A stretch of DNA of 64,000 nucleotides, taken from the IMG/VR virus record IMGVR_UViG_3300025929_000001, positions 1 through 64,000 of that record; one strand, given 5' to 3'. Source of the DNA: a virus. Position numbers and translations under genes: made by a program. How positions within the stretch are numbered: position 1 is the stretch's first letter; each line of letters begins with the position of its first letter. The notes beneath the pieces are model-generated. The model was given only the letters and a program-made list of their open reading frames with translations. It was not told the origin of the DNA and ran no database searches. Positions 17,606 through 27,848 of this stretch are shown piece after piece.

Positions 17606-18445
17606 ATGTTCAAAACAAATAAGCAATATAGCACACGTCGTCAAGTCACCATGTTCGTCGCAGCAGATGGCGATGAAGCCGCAGCAGCAGCAGCAGAAGC
17701 AGCACAACGCGAAGCATCGGAAGCAGCGCAACGTGATGCAGCAGCCTCGGAAGCAGCGCGTGAAGCGGAGATCACCCGCCGTATCAATGAAGCAGTCGAA
17801 GCCCGCACTAAGGGTCTGAAAGACAAGAACAACGAACTCCTGGGCACTGTCAAAGCGACCAAGGACAAGTTGAAAGAATTCGATGGTCTTGACGCCGCAA
17901 AGGCTCGTGAGCTTATCAGCAACCTCGAAAACGACGAGGACACGAAGCTCTGGAACGACGGCAAGAAGGATGTGGTTATCGCCAAGTACACCGAGCGCGA
18001 GCGTATCCGCCTCGAAGCAGTGGTCGAGCAGGAACGTCAGGCTCGTATCGCAGCAGAACAAGTACGTGATGGTTACAAGACTCACGTGCTCGATAACCAG
18101 ATTCGCAGCGTAGCAAACGGGCTGCACCCCGGAGCCGTCGAGGACGCTCTGCTGCATGCACGTCAGATTTTTCAGTTGGATGCCAAGGGCAATGCTGTAA
18201 AACTGGGCGCCGATGGCACCCCGGAGCTGGATGCGGATGGGCAACCATTCACCCCGGCAAAATGGATTGAGTCGCAAAAAGCGACCAAGCCACACTGGTT
18301 TCCGGCGAACACTTCGGGATCTGGTGGCAGTGGTGCTCGCGATGGAAATGGCACCGGCACTACAATCACTCGTGCTGCTTTTGCACAGATGTCGCCGCTG
18401 GAACGGGCAGCAGCAGTGCAGAACGGCTCCAAAATCATTGATTAA
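17606..18445 (+). CDS. capsid scaffolding protein
   Basis: coiled coil, GLK.KN.ELL, PHWF...SGSGG, C-terminal ITRAAF..MSP.ER; located between portal and capsid. Confidence 0.85.
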   Translation: MFKTNKQYSTRRQVTMFVAADGDEAAAAAAEAAQREASEAAQRDAAASEAAREAEITRRINEAVEARTKGLKDKNNELLGTVKATKDKLKEFDGLDAAKARELISNLENDEDTKLWNDGKKDVVIAKYTERERIRLEAVVEQERQARIAAEQVRDGYKTHVLDNQIRSVANGLHPGAVEDALLHARQIFQLDAKGNAVKLGADGTPELDADGQPFTPAKWIESQKATKPHWFPANTSGSGGSGARDGNGTGTTITRAAFAQMSPLERAAAVQNGSKIID

Positions 18446-18457
18446 TTAGGAAAAATC

Positions 18458-19606
18458 ATGGCCCAGAATACCCTTACCAACCTGATTCCATCGCTGTACG
18501 CATCGATGGACATCATCTCCCGCGAGCTGGTCGGCGCAATCCCTTGCGCAACCCTGTCCGCCGAAGTCGCCCGCGCTGCGGTCGGCCAAACGGTCTACTC
18601 GTACAACTCCAACGCGTCGGCTGCAACCGACATCACCCCAGGCGTGACCTCCCCGGACGACGGTGAGCAATCGTTCGGCAGCACCCCGCTGCAAATCACG
18701 AAGGCTCGTCGGGTTCCTTTCCGCTGGAACGGCGAGCAACAGCGCGCCCTGAACAACGGCGGCCCTGGCTACCAAGCTCTGCGCGGTTCGCAGATGGTGC
18801 AAGCAATGCGCACGCTGGTCAACGAGATGGAAGTGGACGTCGTCCGCGCTGCCTACCTGGCATCCAGCCGCGCTGTCGGCACCGCCGGTACGACCCCGTT
18901 CGCATCCGGTGTGGGCGACTCCGCTCAGCTGCGCAAAGTGCTGGATGACAACGGTTGCCCACTGGGCTCGCGTTCGGTCATCATCGACACGTCGGCCGGC
19001 GCCAACATCCGTACCAACACCCAACTGACCAAGGCCAACGAGGCTGGTACCACCATGACCCTGCGTGACGGCGAGATCGTCGACCTGCATGGCATGTCGT
19101 ATCACGAATCGGCTGCGGTGTCGCAAGTTGCCAAGGGTACGGGTACGGGCTACACGTCGAACACCGCTGGCTACGCTGCTGGCGCAACCGACATCACGTT
19201 GATCACCGGTTCGGGCACCGTCCTGGCTGGCGACATCGTGACCTTCGCTGGTGACACGAACCAGTACGTCGTCGCTGTCGGCGCTGCCGGCCCTGGCGTC
19301 ATCAGCCTGGCTGCTCCAGGCCTGCGCAAAGCCATCCCGGCTTCCGCCACCGCAATGACCATCGTCGCGAGCTCGGTTCGCAACGTGGCATTCCATCAGT
19401 CGGCACTGGTGCTGGCAACCCGCGCACCGGCCCTGCCGGAAGAAGGCGACTCCGCTGCCGACCGCATGATCATCACCGATCCGCGCTCGGGCATCAGCTT
19501 TGAAGTCTCGATGTACCCGCAATATCGCCAGATGCTGTATGAAGTGGCGATCGCTTGGGGCGTCAAAGGCATCAAGCCTGCGCACAGCGCAATCCTGCTC
19601 GGCTAA
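18458..19606 (+). CDS. major capsid protein (P22 coat-like)
   Basis: NTLT.LIP.LY...D.ISRELVG.IP; AFH..A..LA.RAPALP..GD; strongly biased codon usage; terminator downstream. Confidence 0.9.
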   Translation: MAQNTLTNLIPSLYASMDIISRELVGAIPCATLSAEVARAAVGQTVYSYNSNASAATDITPGVTSPDDGEQSFGSTPLQITKARRVPFRWNGEQQRALNNGGPGYQALRGSQMVQAMRTLVNEMEVDVVRAAYLASSRAVGTAGTTPFASGVGDSAQLRKVLDDNGCPLGSRSVIIDTSAGANIRTNTQLTKANEAGTTMTLRDGEIVDLHGMSYHESAAVSQVAKGTGTGYTSNTAGYAAGATDITLITGSGTVLAGDIVTFAGDTNQYVVAVGAAGPGVISLAAPGLRKAIPASATAMTIVASSVRNVAFHQSALVLATRAPALPEEGDSAADRMIITDPRSGISFEVSMYPQYRQMLYEVAIAWGVKGIKPAHSAILLG

Positions 19607-19623
19607 TCGGCCGGCAGTCAATG

Positions 19624-19655
19624 AAGCCCTCAACTCGCAAGGTTGGGGGCTTTTT
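19624..19655 (+). terminator. intrinsic terminator after the capsid gene
   Basis: AAGCCCTCAAC-loop-GTTGGGGGCTT followed by TTT. Confidence 0.85.
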
Positions 19656-19682
19656 CACATCTACCATTTTAGGAGTCTAAAA

Positions 19683-19910
19683 ATGTCCCAAGACGTCGAA
19701 ACCGTAGTCGTACAGCGTGAAGTTTCCGAAGACAACCCAACCGGTCGCGTTATCATCAACAAGGCTGACTTCGACGAAGCCAACGACAAGATGGCAGTCG
19801 ATGAAGCACCGGCAGCGTCGACGGACCCCGCAGCAGCAGCTACGACCGAAACCACGACCGCGCCTGAAGCTGGTACGGATAGTGTGGTCAAACAGCCTTG
19901 GGCAAAGTAA
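19683..19910 (+). CDS. small acidic head-associated protein
   Basis: AGGAG SD; G..IINK.DFD motif typical of post-capsid genes. Confidence 0.7.
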   Translation: MSQDVETVVVQREVSEDNPTGRVIINKADFDEANDKMAVDEAPAASTDPAAAATTETTTAPEAGTDSVVKQPWAK

Positions 19911-19973
19911 TAGCCCTGCCTGTGGCCTAAACGACCTTGTTTGGGCTCAAGTAGCAGTTTCAAAATTAATGTC

Positions 19974-20002
19974 TTGCACGGAATTTTATTCCCTGCTAAC
20001 AT
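19974..20002 (+). promoter_or_regulatory. promoter for the appendage module (TTGCAC-17-TAACAT)
   Basis: same TTGCA -35 family. Confidence 0.6.
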
Positions 20003-20042
20003 TGGGTCCAATGTAGGTCTTTAAATCACAAGGGGAATTGCC

Positions 20043-20222
20043 ATGGCAGTTGAAATTGGTAAACGTGCCCGGTTGATCCAGCCTGTAGTCGAAGGCGAAG
20101 TGATCGATACCGAGTACGACAAGAGCGCAAAGTCCTTGCGTCATCTGGTCGAATATACGGACGCAGCGGGCGATGTTCAAACCCGTTGGTTCACCGAAGC
20201 CCAACTGGAAGAGGTGGTCTAA
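20043..20222 (+). CDS. small beta-rich protein (59 aa), not in ORF track
   Basis: AGGGG SD; MAVEIGKRARLIQPVVEGEV...RWFTEAQLEEVV; TAATG-coupled to the next gene. Confidence 0.8.
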   Translation: MAVEIGKRARLIQPVVEGEVIDTEYDKSAKSLRHLVEYTDAAGDVQTRWFTEAQLEEVV

Positions 20223-20788
20223 TGGATAACCACAACGAACGCGCTCTGGCTGGCATGGCTGCTGGCGCCGGTATCGCTCGCAATGGTGGCGTGTCGGAAG
20301 ATGCCCACGCAAGCGGCTTCTATACCGTCACCTGTATCGGCCCGGACGGTAAAGAGAAGTGGGCGGACACCATCAACAATTTGGTGACAACCGTCGGCAA
20401 AAACTTCGCCCTGGATACGGTTCTGGCGGGTTCCGCCTATACCGCAGCCTGGTACCTCGGCCTGATGTCCTCGGCGTCCTACGGCGTCGGTGCTGCTGTT
20501 GGCGATACCGCAGCTTCGCACGCTGGCTGGACGGAAGATCAGAACTACTCGCAAGGTGCACGTCCGACGGCAGCTTGGTCGGCAGCGTCTGCTGGTTCCA
20601 AGGCCCTGTCGGCAGCACTGGCGTTCTCGATCAACGCAAGCACGACCATCAAAGGCTGCTTCCTGATCTCGAACTCCACCAAAGGCGGCACGACCGGCAC
20701 GCTGTACTCTGCTGGCCTGTTTACCGGCGGCGACAAGGTTGTGGCTTCCGGCGACACCATCAACGTGTCCTACACCGCAACGATGTAA
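20222..20788 (+). CDS. putative high-copy virion fibre/appendage subunit
   Basis: NLVTT.GKN..L...WYLGL...F.I....TI.G.FL...GTLYS.......V..GDT.NV.Y; capsid-like codon bias. Confidence 0.7.
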   Translation: MDNHNERALAGMAAGAGIARNGGVSEDAHASGFYTVTCIGPDGKEKWADTINNLVTTVGKNFALDTVLAGSAYTAAWYLGLMSSASYGVGAAVGDTAASHAGWTEDQNYSQGARPTAAWSAASAGSKALSAALAFSINASTTIKGCFLISNSTKGGTTGTLYSAGLFTGGDKVVASGDTINVSYTATM

Positions 20789-20800
20789 TTAGGAGCGACA

Positions 20801-21256
20801 ATGACACCCGATCAGCAATCTGCACTTGAATCCCTTGTTGGTCGGGTGCTATCTTCCGACGAAGTAGCGCTGCTGGATCAATATCTTCCCACTCGCAATG
20901 ACGTAGAGATCGCAAACATTTTGTCTGTCGGTCGCATTAGGGTCGATAGCAAACAAATCGGCATAGGCACCATTTTGATGGCCCTTAGCCCGCATGGCGG
21001 AATATTCTTAGATCAGTTGGTTGAATTGGGTCAAACGGACCGCAATGTTTATTGGTCGTTTGAATTAATCCGAGCTGGTACCTTTGATATCGGTTTACCG
21101 GGCACTCGTGAACAGTTGATCGAGTTGAAAAACGAATTTCCAGCGGTAGGCCCTGCGCTCGACATACTCATGAAGACCGCTGAATCTCCCGACCCAATAC
21201 CGTATGGTGCGGTATCCGACGCACTTAATATTGCTGAAAGGCAGATGACATTATGA
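20801..21256 (+). CDS. hypothetical virion-associated protein
   Basis: AGGAG SD; inside the structural module. Confidence 0.7.
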   Translation: MTPDQQSALESLVGRVLSSDEVALLDQYLPTRNDVEIANILSVGRIRVDSKQIGIGTILMALSPHGGIFLDQLVELGQTDRNVYWSFELIRAGTFDIGLPGTREQLIELKNEFPAVGPALDILMKTAESPDPIPYGAVSDALNIAERQMTL

Positions 21257-21699
21257 GCGGCGAAACTATCGTAGTCTTTGGCTCAACGGTTAAAACGCTC
21301 GCGTCCAGTGGCGCAGCTATCGCCAATAACGCCATTGGACAAGCTGCTACTGCTAACTATGGTGTTATAGCAGATGGCGGCGGATATCCGGATGCAGACT
21401 TCGTGCTGACAGGATCGTTTGCGACCGCGCCAACAGAGAATACCGTCCTGGGCCTTTATGCTCGTCCATTGGACATTGACGGTACGCTCGATACAGATGT
21501 GCCTGAAACTACTCGGCCGACGTTGTTTATCGGTAGCTTCGTATTGAACAACGTCACTACCGCACAGACCCTATTGCTCACGGCGCGAGATTTGCCTCGT
21601 TTAGCTGACTACTACGTCCATAACAACGGATCTGGTCAAACGTTAGCTGCGGGTTGGACCTTGAAGGCTACCCCTCGCTCATACAGCGTTGCTGTCTAA
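21253..21699 (+). CDS. hypothetical beta-sandwich virion protein
   Basis: ATGA-coupled; beta-strand-rich. Confidence 0.7.
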   Translation: MSGETIVVFGSTVKTLASSGAAIANNAIGQAATANYGVIADGGGYPDADFVLTGSFATAPTENTVLGLYARPLDIDGTLDTDVPETTRPTLFIGSFVLNNVTTAQTLLLTARDLPRLADYYVHNNGSGQTLAAGWTLKATPRSYSVAV

Positions 21700-21720
21700 A
21701 AACTCAATTGCGGGCTTATT

Positions 21721-24700
21721 ATGACCAAGGCTGCATTGCCGAGGAGAGTTGCTACCTCTCTGCCCCAAGAAACATCTAAGCCTGCCCGATTTACTGCACC
21801 GATGCGATTTGCAGCGGCTGCAAATCGGATGATTCCTCGCGATCTGTCTGGTAATAATTTCCATGCATTACCCGGCGGCAGTGTATCTCTTGTGCCCGCA
21901 CTGTACAACGGCGTCGGCTTACAATCATGGTTGCCAGGCGCTGGCGGCAGTGGGTCGATTCCCCTAACTGCATCTGCTTTGAGGTACGATTCTCCAATTA
22001 CAATGTTGGCGATTGTCAAGCCACCGTCAACCAGCACTTTCAACATTAGAACTTCAAGTACTACAGGGTCGCCCTTAATTTGGCAATTGAGCTCTACTGG
22101 ACTTCAGACCTTAACAATCTCAGGTGTTGGTAGTAAAGGGAGCACAGTCACGGCAATCCCTTTAGGGTCGTTCACTGCTATTATTTGTCAGTACACTCCC
22201 GGAACTACTGGCGGCACAAAATTCTATTTCCCGGGCACTACTCAAACGGTCGCGGGTAGTACGGGTAATGCTACAACTGGCACCGGTCCGGTGATATCTG
22301 GTGGCGGTACGGGTGCGGGACAGTGCGCACTCTATGTAGAATGGGATGGGATCTTAACTGACGCCGAATGTAGAGCGTTGCTGACAAATCCGTTCTCTGC
22401 CTTCGAATCTAACGCGCCCTACAGTAACCGTTCAAGGCTGCAAGTCAGGACTTCACCGGTTCGATACGTGCGGGATAGCGCTAACGGCTCGGATGTTGAT
22501 CCTGGTGTGTTCTGGTCTGAAATACAAGCGTTCGACGTTAACGGCGTAGCCCTTGCGAATTCGGCGAGTCAGTACACGTTCAGCCAAGCTGTTGATACAA
22601 GTTCTGTTGCAAATATACCCTATCTATATGACGGGTTGATGAACACGAACGGAGTGATTATCTCCGGCGCCGGCGTTCATACCGCTACTCTTGATCTAGG
22701 GTCAATCGTCCAAGTCTCAAAGGTGCGCATCGGTCACTACCCGACGGCCACCTTCCACAACACAAAGACGGAAATATCACCAGATGGTCAGACTTGGTAC
22801 ACGCTGTATGATTCAACTGTCTCTGGTGAGTATGTAGAAACAACCTCAGGCAAGAATTATCTGCCGCCAAGCTATACCTACACGGCACCCGTCGCATCGA
22901 CGCCGCCTACACTTCGCACGGACTGGTTCAACGCTACTGAATCGACGAACCTTAGTGTGGTCACGTCGACCACTGCACACGACGTCCTGATTGCTTACGC
23001 AGCTAGCGATAATAACAACACGAACTTTACATTTCCGTCAGGATTTACCGCACTACAACAGCTTCATCCGACATATGATGCCAGCGTACTGAACGTAGGC
23101 ATCAAGCAGGATGCATCTGGTAGTGAAGGTACGTTAACACTCACATCCCCTGATGCAATTATCGGTGGCGTATTAGCGTTCTCAAATGTTGACAACGTAA
23201 CGTCGTTGGACGTTGCGGCCCAGGGCGTGCTTGGTTCTGGTGGACCAGATTTTACCGCAACAGCGTCCCTAACCACCGTCACGAATGGCTGTCTGCTGGT
23301 CGCTATTGTAGACGAGGACGTAGCAAACCCGGTAAGTGTTACTTCAACTACGGTCGCTAGTTCTCCTGCGCTGACTTGGACTAAAGTTCGTCACATCAAC
23401 AATGGCGCATACGCAAACGTCAGCGTATTCACCGCTACCCAGACGACCAAGGGGGCCATATCCGTCACGTCAACATCGACGGGTTATACTGGTCAGTCTG
23501 GCATTGTGCTGCTGGCTTTGCGTCCAGCGACCACTGCTGCGGCTGGAACCACGTACCCCGTTAGTATCACTGAAGCTGTAACCGCATCGGACACCAATGT
23601 AAGTAACGGATCGTTGCCAGTAACTCTTTCAGAAGCTGCGGTTGCTGCCGACAGTCTCAGTGCTATTAAGACCGCCCCGGCTAGCATCTCCGAAGCTGGA
23701 ACTGCGGCCAACACCGCTACAGCATCGACGGTCGCACCTGTCACAATCTCCGAAGCTGCGACTGCTGCGGATAGCTCTGTTGTTATCAAAACTGCACCCG
23801 CTAGCATCTCCGAATCTGCAACTGCTGCTGAAAGCTCGACGCGCACCACTGTAAGTCCGACCGCAATCTCTGAGCCCGCAACTGCCGCAGACGCTGTTGC
23901 AACGACGAACGTTAGTGTGGTCAACAGCGCTGAAGCCGTAACTGCTGCGGAAGGTTCTGACGCGCTTGTCGTACGTGCAGTTAGCATAGCTGAATCTGCA
24001 ACTGCTTCCGACTCGTCGACTAACACGGTAGTTCTGGGCGTGCCTGTTACTGCACAGCTCTGTTATTTAGAGATTGATTGGGATACCCATGATCTCGGTA
24101 TCTATCCGGGTCGTATTAACGCTATTCGTCTGTTGGACGCACAGGGTAACAATCTACTCATCGGCGCAACTTGGAATAGCAATCTTGCCAATGGCGGAGA
24201 AAAAAGCACATATACGGATGGTAACAACATATATCTCGTTGATGAAAATCCGAGCACGTATGCTGACTTATCTTCATATGGCAACGCAGGCGCTAGTGAC
24301 TATATAGGTTGGAGTTTTGAGAATTCACCATACCTGACTGAGGACGGCTATGTCGACGCTGTCGCATTGGAGATCGATTGGTCGCCTGCGCCTGGTGACT
24401 CTCGTATCCCTAACTTTTACATTTATGGTTATCCCCTTGAGGGCAGCGACTTCCTTGAGATCAACGCCTATACTCCGGACAATTTTGCTAACGGCTTGAC
24501 CCATATTGATTTACCACAAATCACGGACATACCTAAGCCTGCTGTCAGGGGTAAGTCTCTGCGGTTAGAATTTTCTGGTTTAGAAGTTCCGTCCAATGGT
24601 GCTGCAAGTCTGCAGATATTTTGGCTGTACGGCACAGACCGAGTAAATGAGCCTGTTTTTTCAAACAGAACCTCTGGCGGATCAACAACGAATCAGGTTA

Positions 24701-27213
24701 CATACTCGTTAATCAAAGGCTCTATTGCGCCCGACCATGATTACGGTTATACGTCTGGGGTAATGCCTTTAACCAACATCAATCTTGGCTATGACATAGT
24801 TCACAATACATCCTTCTTTGCGGCAATAATGCCCGACCCAGAGGGGAATGCAACAATTCAAGTCGATACGGTTGGCGGGCTTCTGTATAGGCCTATCTCG
24901 TTTAACGTCCAAGCCGTAACCGTAAATCAAGCCGCGACTGGTCAAGCGCAGCTTGCAAGTCTGAAGTTCTTTATAACTTATGACGGTATCCATTATCATC
25001 AGCAATATTACACCGACACGTATGAGATATTAACTCCGCAAGAGCCTGCATATCTCGTTAATGGTAACTTTAGTAATGACTTTCTGGTAACGCCATTTGC
25101 CGAAGAGACAATTACAGGCACAATCTACGCAGTAGGTGTGTCTGAGAACGCTGGCGCTTATGATGACGCAGTCGTATCCGCACAATTGCCGGTCACAGGC
25201 GCTGAAGCGGGTAGCTTGGTTGACGCCGCAACTGCGTCTAGTGTCTTGCTGGTGGTCACTAACGAGTCTGCAACTGCTAGCGAATCGGAAACTGCTGCGG
25301 CGTCTAAAGGTGCTGCTATCACAGAGACTGCTACGCTAACGGACTCTGAAAGCAATACGGTTGCAGCTAGCGCAGCTATCAGCGAAGCTGGCGCTCTGTC
25401 TGACTCCGAAAATAGCACTGCTGTCAAGGGTGCTGCAATCTCCGAAGCGGGTACGCTCGCTGACGCTGAAACTGTGACGTTGGTTGCGGTTAGTGTGGTC
25501 AGCGAACCCCTTACCGGTAGCGATGCAAGCACTGTGCAGATGCAGAACCTTGCAAGCGTCAGCGAAGCTGGTAGCGCAAACGACCAGTCTGCAACGGGTG
25601 CGAACGCTGTGGCGGTTGCTGCTAGCGAGTCCGCAACGCCTGCGGATAGCTCCAGCGTAGCTGCTATCGACGCAGCCTCAGTTAGCGAGTCGGGTTCACT
25701 GGTGGATGCACCAAGCGTAACCGCGTCGTTCGTATCTGCAACGACGGAATCCGCTACGTCCGTTGATTCGCAAACGGTAAGCGGCGTGCGTCCTGCATCA
25801 ACGTCGGAAGCTGCTACCGCCTCTGACAGCAACACTGCTGGAACTGCTACGTCTGCAAGCAACTCGGAGTCGGGTTCTGCTGCTGACACAACCGTTGCAG
25901 CAAAAACGACCAACAGCGCAATCTCGGAACCGTTGACTGCAAGCGACACCGAGTCTGTGAGTGCTGTGGTGGTGGCTGCAAACACGGAGTCCGGTGCTGC
26001 AAGCGATGCGCTGACCGTAACCGCTATCAACTTGGTCGCTGTTAGCGAACCTTTGTCTGCAAGCGAGTCAGTCACGCTGCTGGCTGCTGGCACTGTAACC
26101 ATCACAGAAACGGTCGCACTGGTAGAAGCTACGAGCGTTAATGTCGCGGGTACTGCTGCTATCACTGAAGCTGGTGGCGCTGCGGATGCGCCTGTTGGAC
26201 TTAGAACTACCAACGCGGCAGCTAGCGAGGCTGTAACGCCGTCTGATAGCGAATCCGTATCCGCTATTATGGTTGCTACGGAAACGGAACCCGCAACCGC
26301 GAGCGAAAGTTCCAGCCTTACGCAAGCTACTACCGCGAGCACAACCGAAGCTCTTGCTGCTGACCACACTCAGGTTCTTCTTGCTGCGGGTACGGTCACA
26401 GTTGTTGAGGTCTTGAACGCTGCTGAAGCGCCAACGGCTGCTGCAACTGTCAACAGCGCAGTGACCGAATCCGGTAATCCCGCGGAGTCTGTTGCTGCTA
26501 CCGCAGTCATGCCAGCCAACACCACGGAGCCGGCAAGCGCCGCGGAACAAGTTGCGCAAGGCAGTGTGGTCAACGGGAATACGTCGGAAGCTGCTGCGCC
26601 AACGGACGCTAGTGCGCCTACATTATCCAGCACGCGCAACGTGACGGAATCCGCAAACGCCCTGGAGTCGGTCAGCAATACGGCCGCGCTAGGTGTCAGC
26701 GTCGCAGAAGCTGCAATTAGCTCCGATACATTGGTTGTGTCTGCGCAGTACCTTGTGGCGCAGGCGGAAGCTGCAACGCTCGCAGATGCAGCAATTGGTG
26801 GATACAACACCAACGCGATAGTCTTGAACCCTGCAACTGCTGGTGACAGTGTTGATGGTCAGAAGATAAATGACGCGGGTGCTGCTATCACAGAAACACT
26901 GGTGCCTAGCGAGCAGTCTGTAACCCGTTTGGATTATGGTGTAAATGTCACGGAAGTTGTAGACAGCGATAGCGATGCAAGTGTGCAGATGATCTATGTT
27001 GTGTCACAGACAGAACTTGCATCGTTGCGTGAAAGCGTGTATGTTTACTTCCTAACGGAACACAAGCAATATCCGCTCGCAGGTAAGTCAAGTGCATTCC
27101 CGTCAGCATCTAAAGCAACCAGCTATCCGCTTAACGGCCAGTCCATTGTGTACCCGTCAAGCTCTAAGGCAAGAAATTATCCACTGTACGGTAAAAATAG
27201 GAGCTACCCATGA
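21721..27213 (+). CDS. giant 1830-aa Ala/Ser/Thr/Glu-rich repeat protein with lectin-like domains (putative fibre)
   Basis: LamG-like N-terminus, discoidin-like TLDLG..EISPDG.TW, two blocks of 20-aa xxE.....D repeats, C-terminal 9-aa YP repeats. Confidence 0.8.
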   Translation: MTKAALPRRVATSLPQETSKPARFTAPMRFAAAANRMIPRDLSGNNFHALPGGSVSLVPALYNGVGLQSWLPGAGGSGSIPLTASALRYDSPITMLAIVKPPSTSTFNIRTSSTTGSPLIWQLSSTGLQTLTISGVGSKGSTVTAIPLGSFTAIICQYTPGTTGGTKFYFPGTTQTVAGSTGNATTGTGPVISGGGTGAGQCALYVEWDGILTDAECRALLTNPFSAFESNAPYSNRSRLQVRTSPVRYVRDSANGSDVDPGVFWSEIQAFDVNGVALANSASQYTFSQAVDTSSVANIPYLYDGLMNTNGVIISGAGVHTATLDLGSIVQVSKVRIGHYPTATFHNTKTEISPDGQTWYTLYDSTVSGEYVETTSGKNYLPPSYTYTAPVASTPPTLRTDWFNATESTNLSVVTSTTAHDVLIAYAASDNNNTNFTFPSGFTALQQLHPTYDASVLNVGIKQDASGSEGTLTLTSPDAIIGGVLAFSNVDNVTSLDVAAQGVLGSGGPDFTATASLTTVTNGCLLVAIVDEDVANPVSVTSTTVASSPALTWTKVRHINNGAYANVSVFTATQTTKGAISVTSTSTGYTGQSGIVLLALRPATTAAAGTTYPVSITEAVTASDTNVSNGSLPVTLSEAAVAADSLSAIKTAPASISEAGTAANTATASTVAPVTISEAATAADSSVVIKTAPASISESATAAESSTRTTVSPTAISEPATAADAVATTNVSVVNSAEAVTAAEGSDALVVRAVSIAESATASDSSTNTVVLGVPVTAQLCYLEIDWDTHDLGIYPGRINAIRLLDAQGNNLLIGATWNSNLANGGEKSTYTDGNNIYLVDENPSTYADLSSYGNAGASDYIGWSFENSPYLTEDGYVDAVALEIDWSPAPGDSRIPNFYIYGYPLEGSDFLEINAYTPDNFANGLTHIDLPQITDIPKPAVRGKSLRLEFSGLEVPSNGAASLQIFWLYGTDRVNEPVFSNRTSGGSTTNQVTYSLIKGSIAPDHDYGYTSGVMPLTNINLGYDIVHNTSFFAAIMPDPEGNATIQVDTVGGLLYRPISFNVQAVTVNQAATGQAQLASLKFFITYDGIHYHQQYYTDTYEILTPQEPAYLVNGNFSNDFLVTPFAEETITGTIYAVGVSENAGAYDDAVVSAQLPVTGAEAGSLVDAATASSVLLVVTNESATASESETAAASKGAAITETATLTDSESNTVAASAAISEAGALSDSENSTAVKGAAISEAGTLADAETVTLVAVSVVSEPLTGSDASTVQMQNLASVSEAGSANDQSATGANAVAVAASESATPADSSSVAAIDAASVSESGSLVDAPSVTASFVSATTESATSVDSQTVSGVRPASTSEAATASDSNTAGTATSASNSESGSAADTTVAAKTTNSAISEPLTASDTESVSAVVVAANTESGAASDALTVTAINLVAVSEPLSASESVTLLAAGTVTITETVALVEATSVNVAGTAAITEAGGAADAPVGLRTTNAAASEAVTPSDSESVSAIMVATETEPATASESSSLTQATTASTTEALAADHTQVLLAAGTVTVVEVLNAAEAPTAAATVNSAVTESGNPAESVAATAVMPANTTEPASAAEQVAQGSVVNGNTSEAAAPTDASAPTLSSTRNVTESANALESVSNTAALGVSVAEAAISSDTLVVSAQYLVAQAEAATLADAAIGGYNTNAIVLNPATAGDSVDGQKINDAGAAITETLVPSEQSVTRLDYGVNVTEVVDSDSDASVQMIYVVSQTELASLRESVYVYFLTEHKQYPLAGKSSAFPSASKATSYPLNGQSIVYPSSSKARNYPLYGKNRSYP
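23560..27030 (+). repeat. 60-bp (20-aa) degenerate tandem repeats: 8 copies at about 23560-24040 and about 31 copies at about 25135-27030
   Basis: ISEAATAAD-type units align vertically in the 60-nt lines. Confidence 0.85.
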
Positions 27214-27773
27214 CACTCATCGTTGAAGATGGATCCAAATTACCGGATGCCGAATCTTATATCTCTGTTGACGAATGCACCGCATATCATGTTAAGCGGG
27301 GTAACACCGTTTGGGGTGATATGTCTTTGCAGGAGATGGAAGAAGCGCTTGTTCGCGCAACAGATTTCATGCGAGCCCGTTACCGAGGCAAGTGGAAAGG
27401 TCACGTTGCAACTTATGAACAGGGTTTGGATTGGCCGCGTATGGGTGTCAAGGTTACTGACGGGATATTGGCTAGTGGCCCTTATCCGTATGTGACTGCA
27501 TATCGTCGGCCTTACTTGCCTCCACAGATATTGCCGGATAACGTCATTCCGAAAGAAGTAAAGAACGCTTGCGCTGAGCTAGCATTCCGCGCTGCCCAAG
27601 GCCCGTTGATCATTGATGAAACCAGGCAACCAATCCGTGAGACTGTTGGCCCCATCACTGTTCAATATAGCGAGTACACATCGCAGCAAGTGTCCTATCC
27701 AATGATTGACGATATGTTGCGACCTTTCTTGACCACCGGAGGCAATAGTAGCGTCAAGCTGACCCGCGTTTAA
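27210..27773 (+). CDS. head-tail adaptor (DnaT-like domain family)
   Basis: LIVEDGS..PDAESYISV, AL.RATD, Q.LDWPR, IP.EVK.AC.ELA, ETVGPITVQY. Confidence 0.85.
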   Translation: MTLIVEDGSKLPDAESYISVDECTAYHVKRGNTVWGDMSLQEMEEALVRATDFMRARYRGKWKGHVATYEQGLDWPRMGVKVTDGILASGPYPYVTAYRRPYLPPQILPDNVIPKEVKNACAELAFRAAQGPLIIDETRQPIRETVGPITVQYSEYTSQQVSYPMIDDMLRPFLTTGGNSSVKLTRV

Positions 27774-27790
27774 GAGTTGTATTTTAGTCG

Positions 27791-27819
27791 TTGCATGTGG
27801 TAAAGGACTGTGTTACTAT
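27791..27819 (+). promoter_or_regulatory. promoter for neck/tail genes (TTGCAT-17-TACTAT)
   Basis: same TTGCA -35 family, in the intergenic gap. Confidence 0.65.
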
Positions 27820-27848
27820 CCGCGTAGTTCGTCTAAACAGAGATTCAC

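Noticed and set aside
23560-27030. 60-bp periodicity suggesting a CRISPR array or DNA tandem repeat
   Set aside because: Conservation is at amino-acid level with free synonymous variation; there is no invariant repeat-spacer structure and no cas genes.
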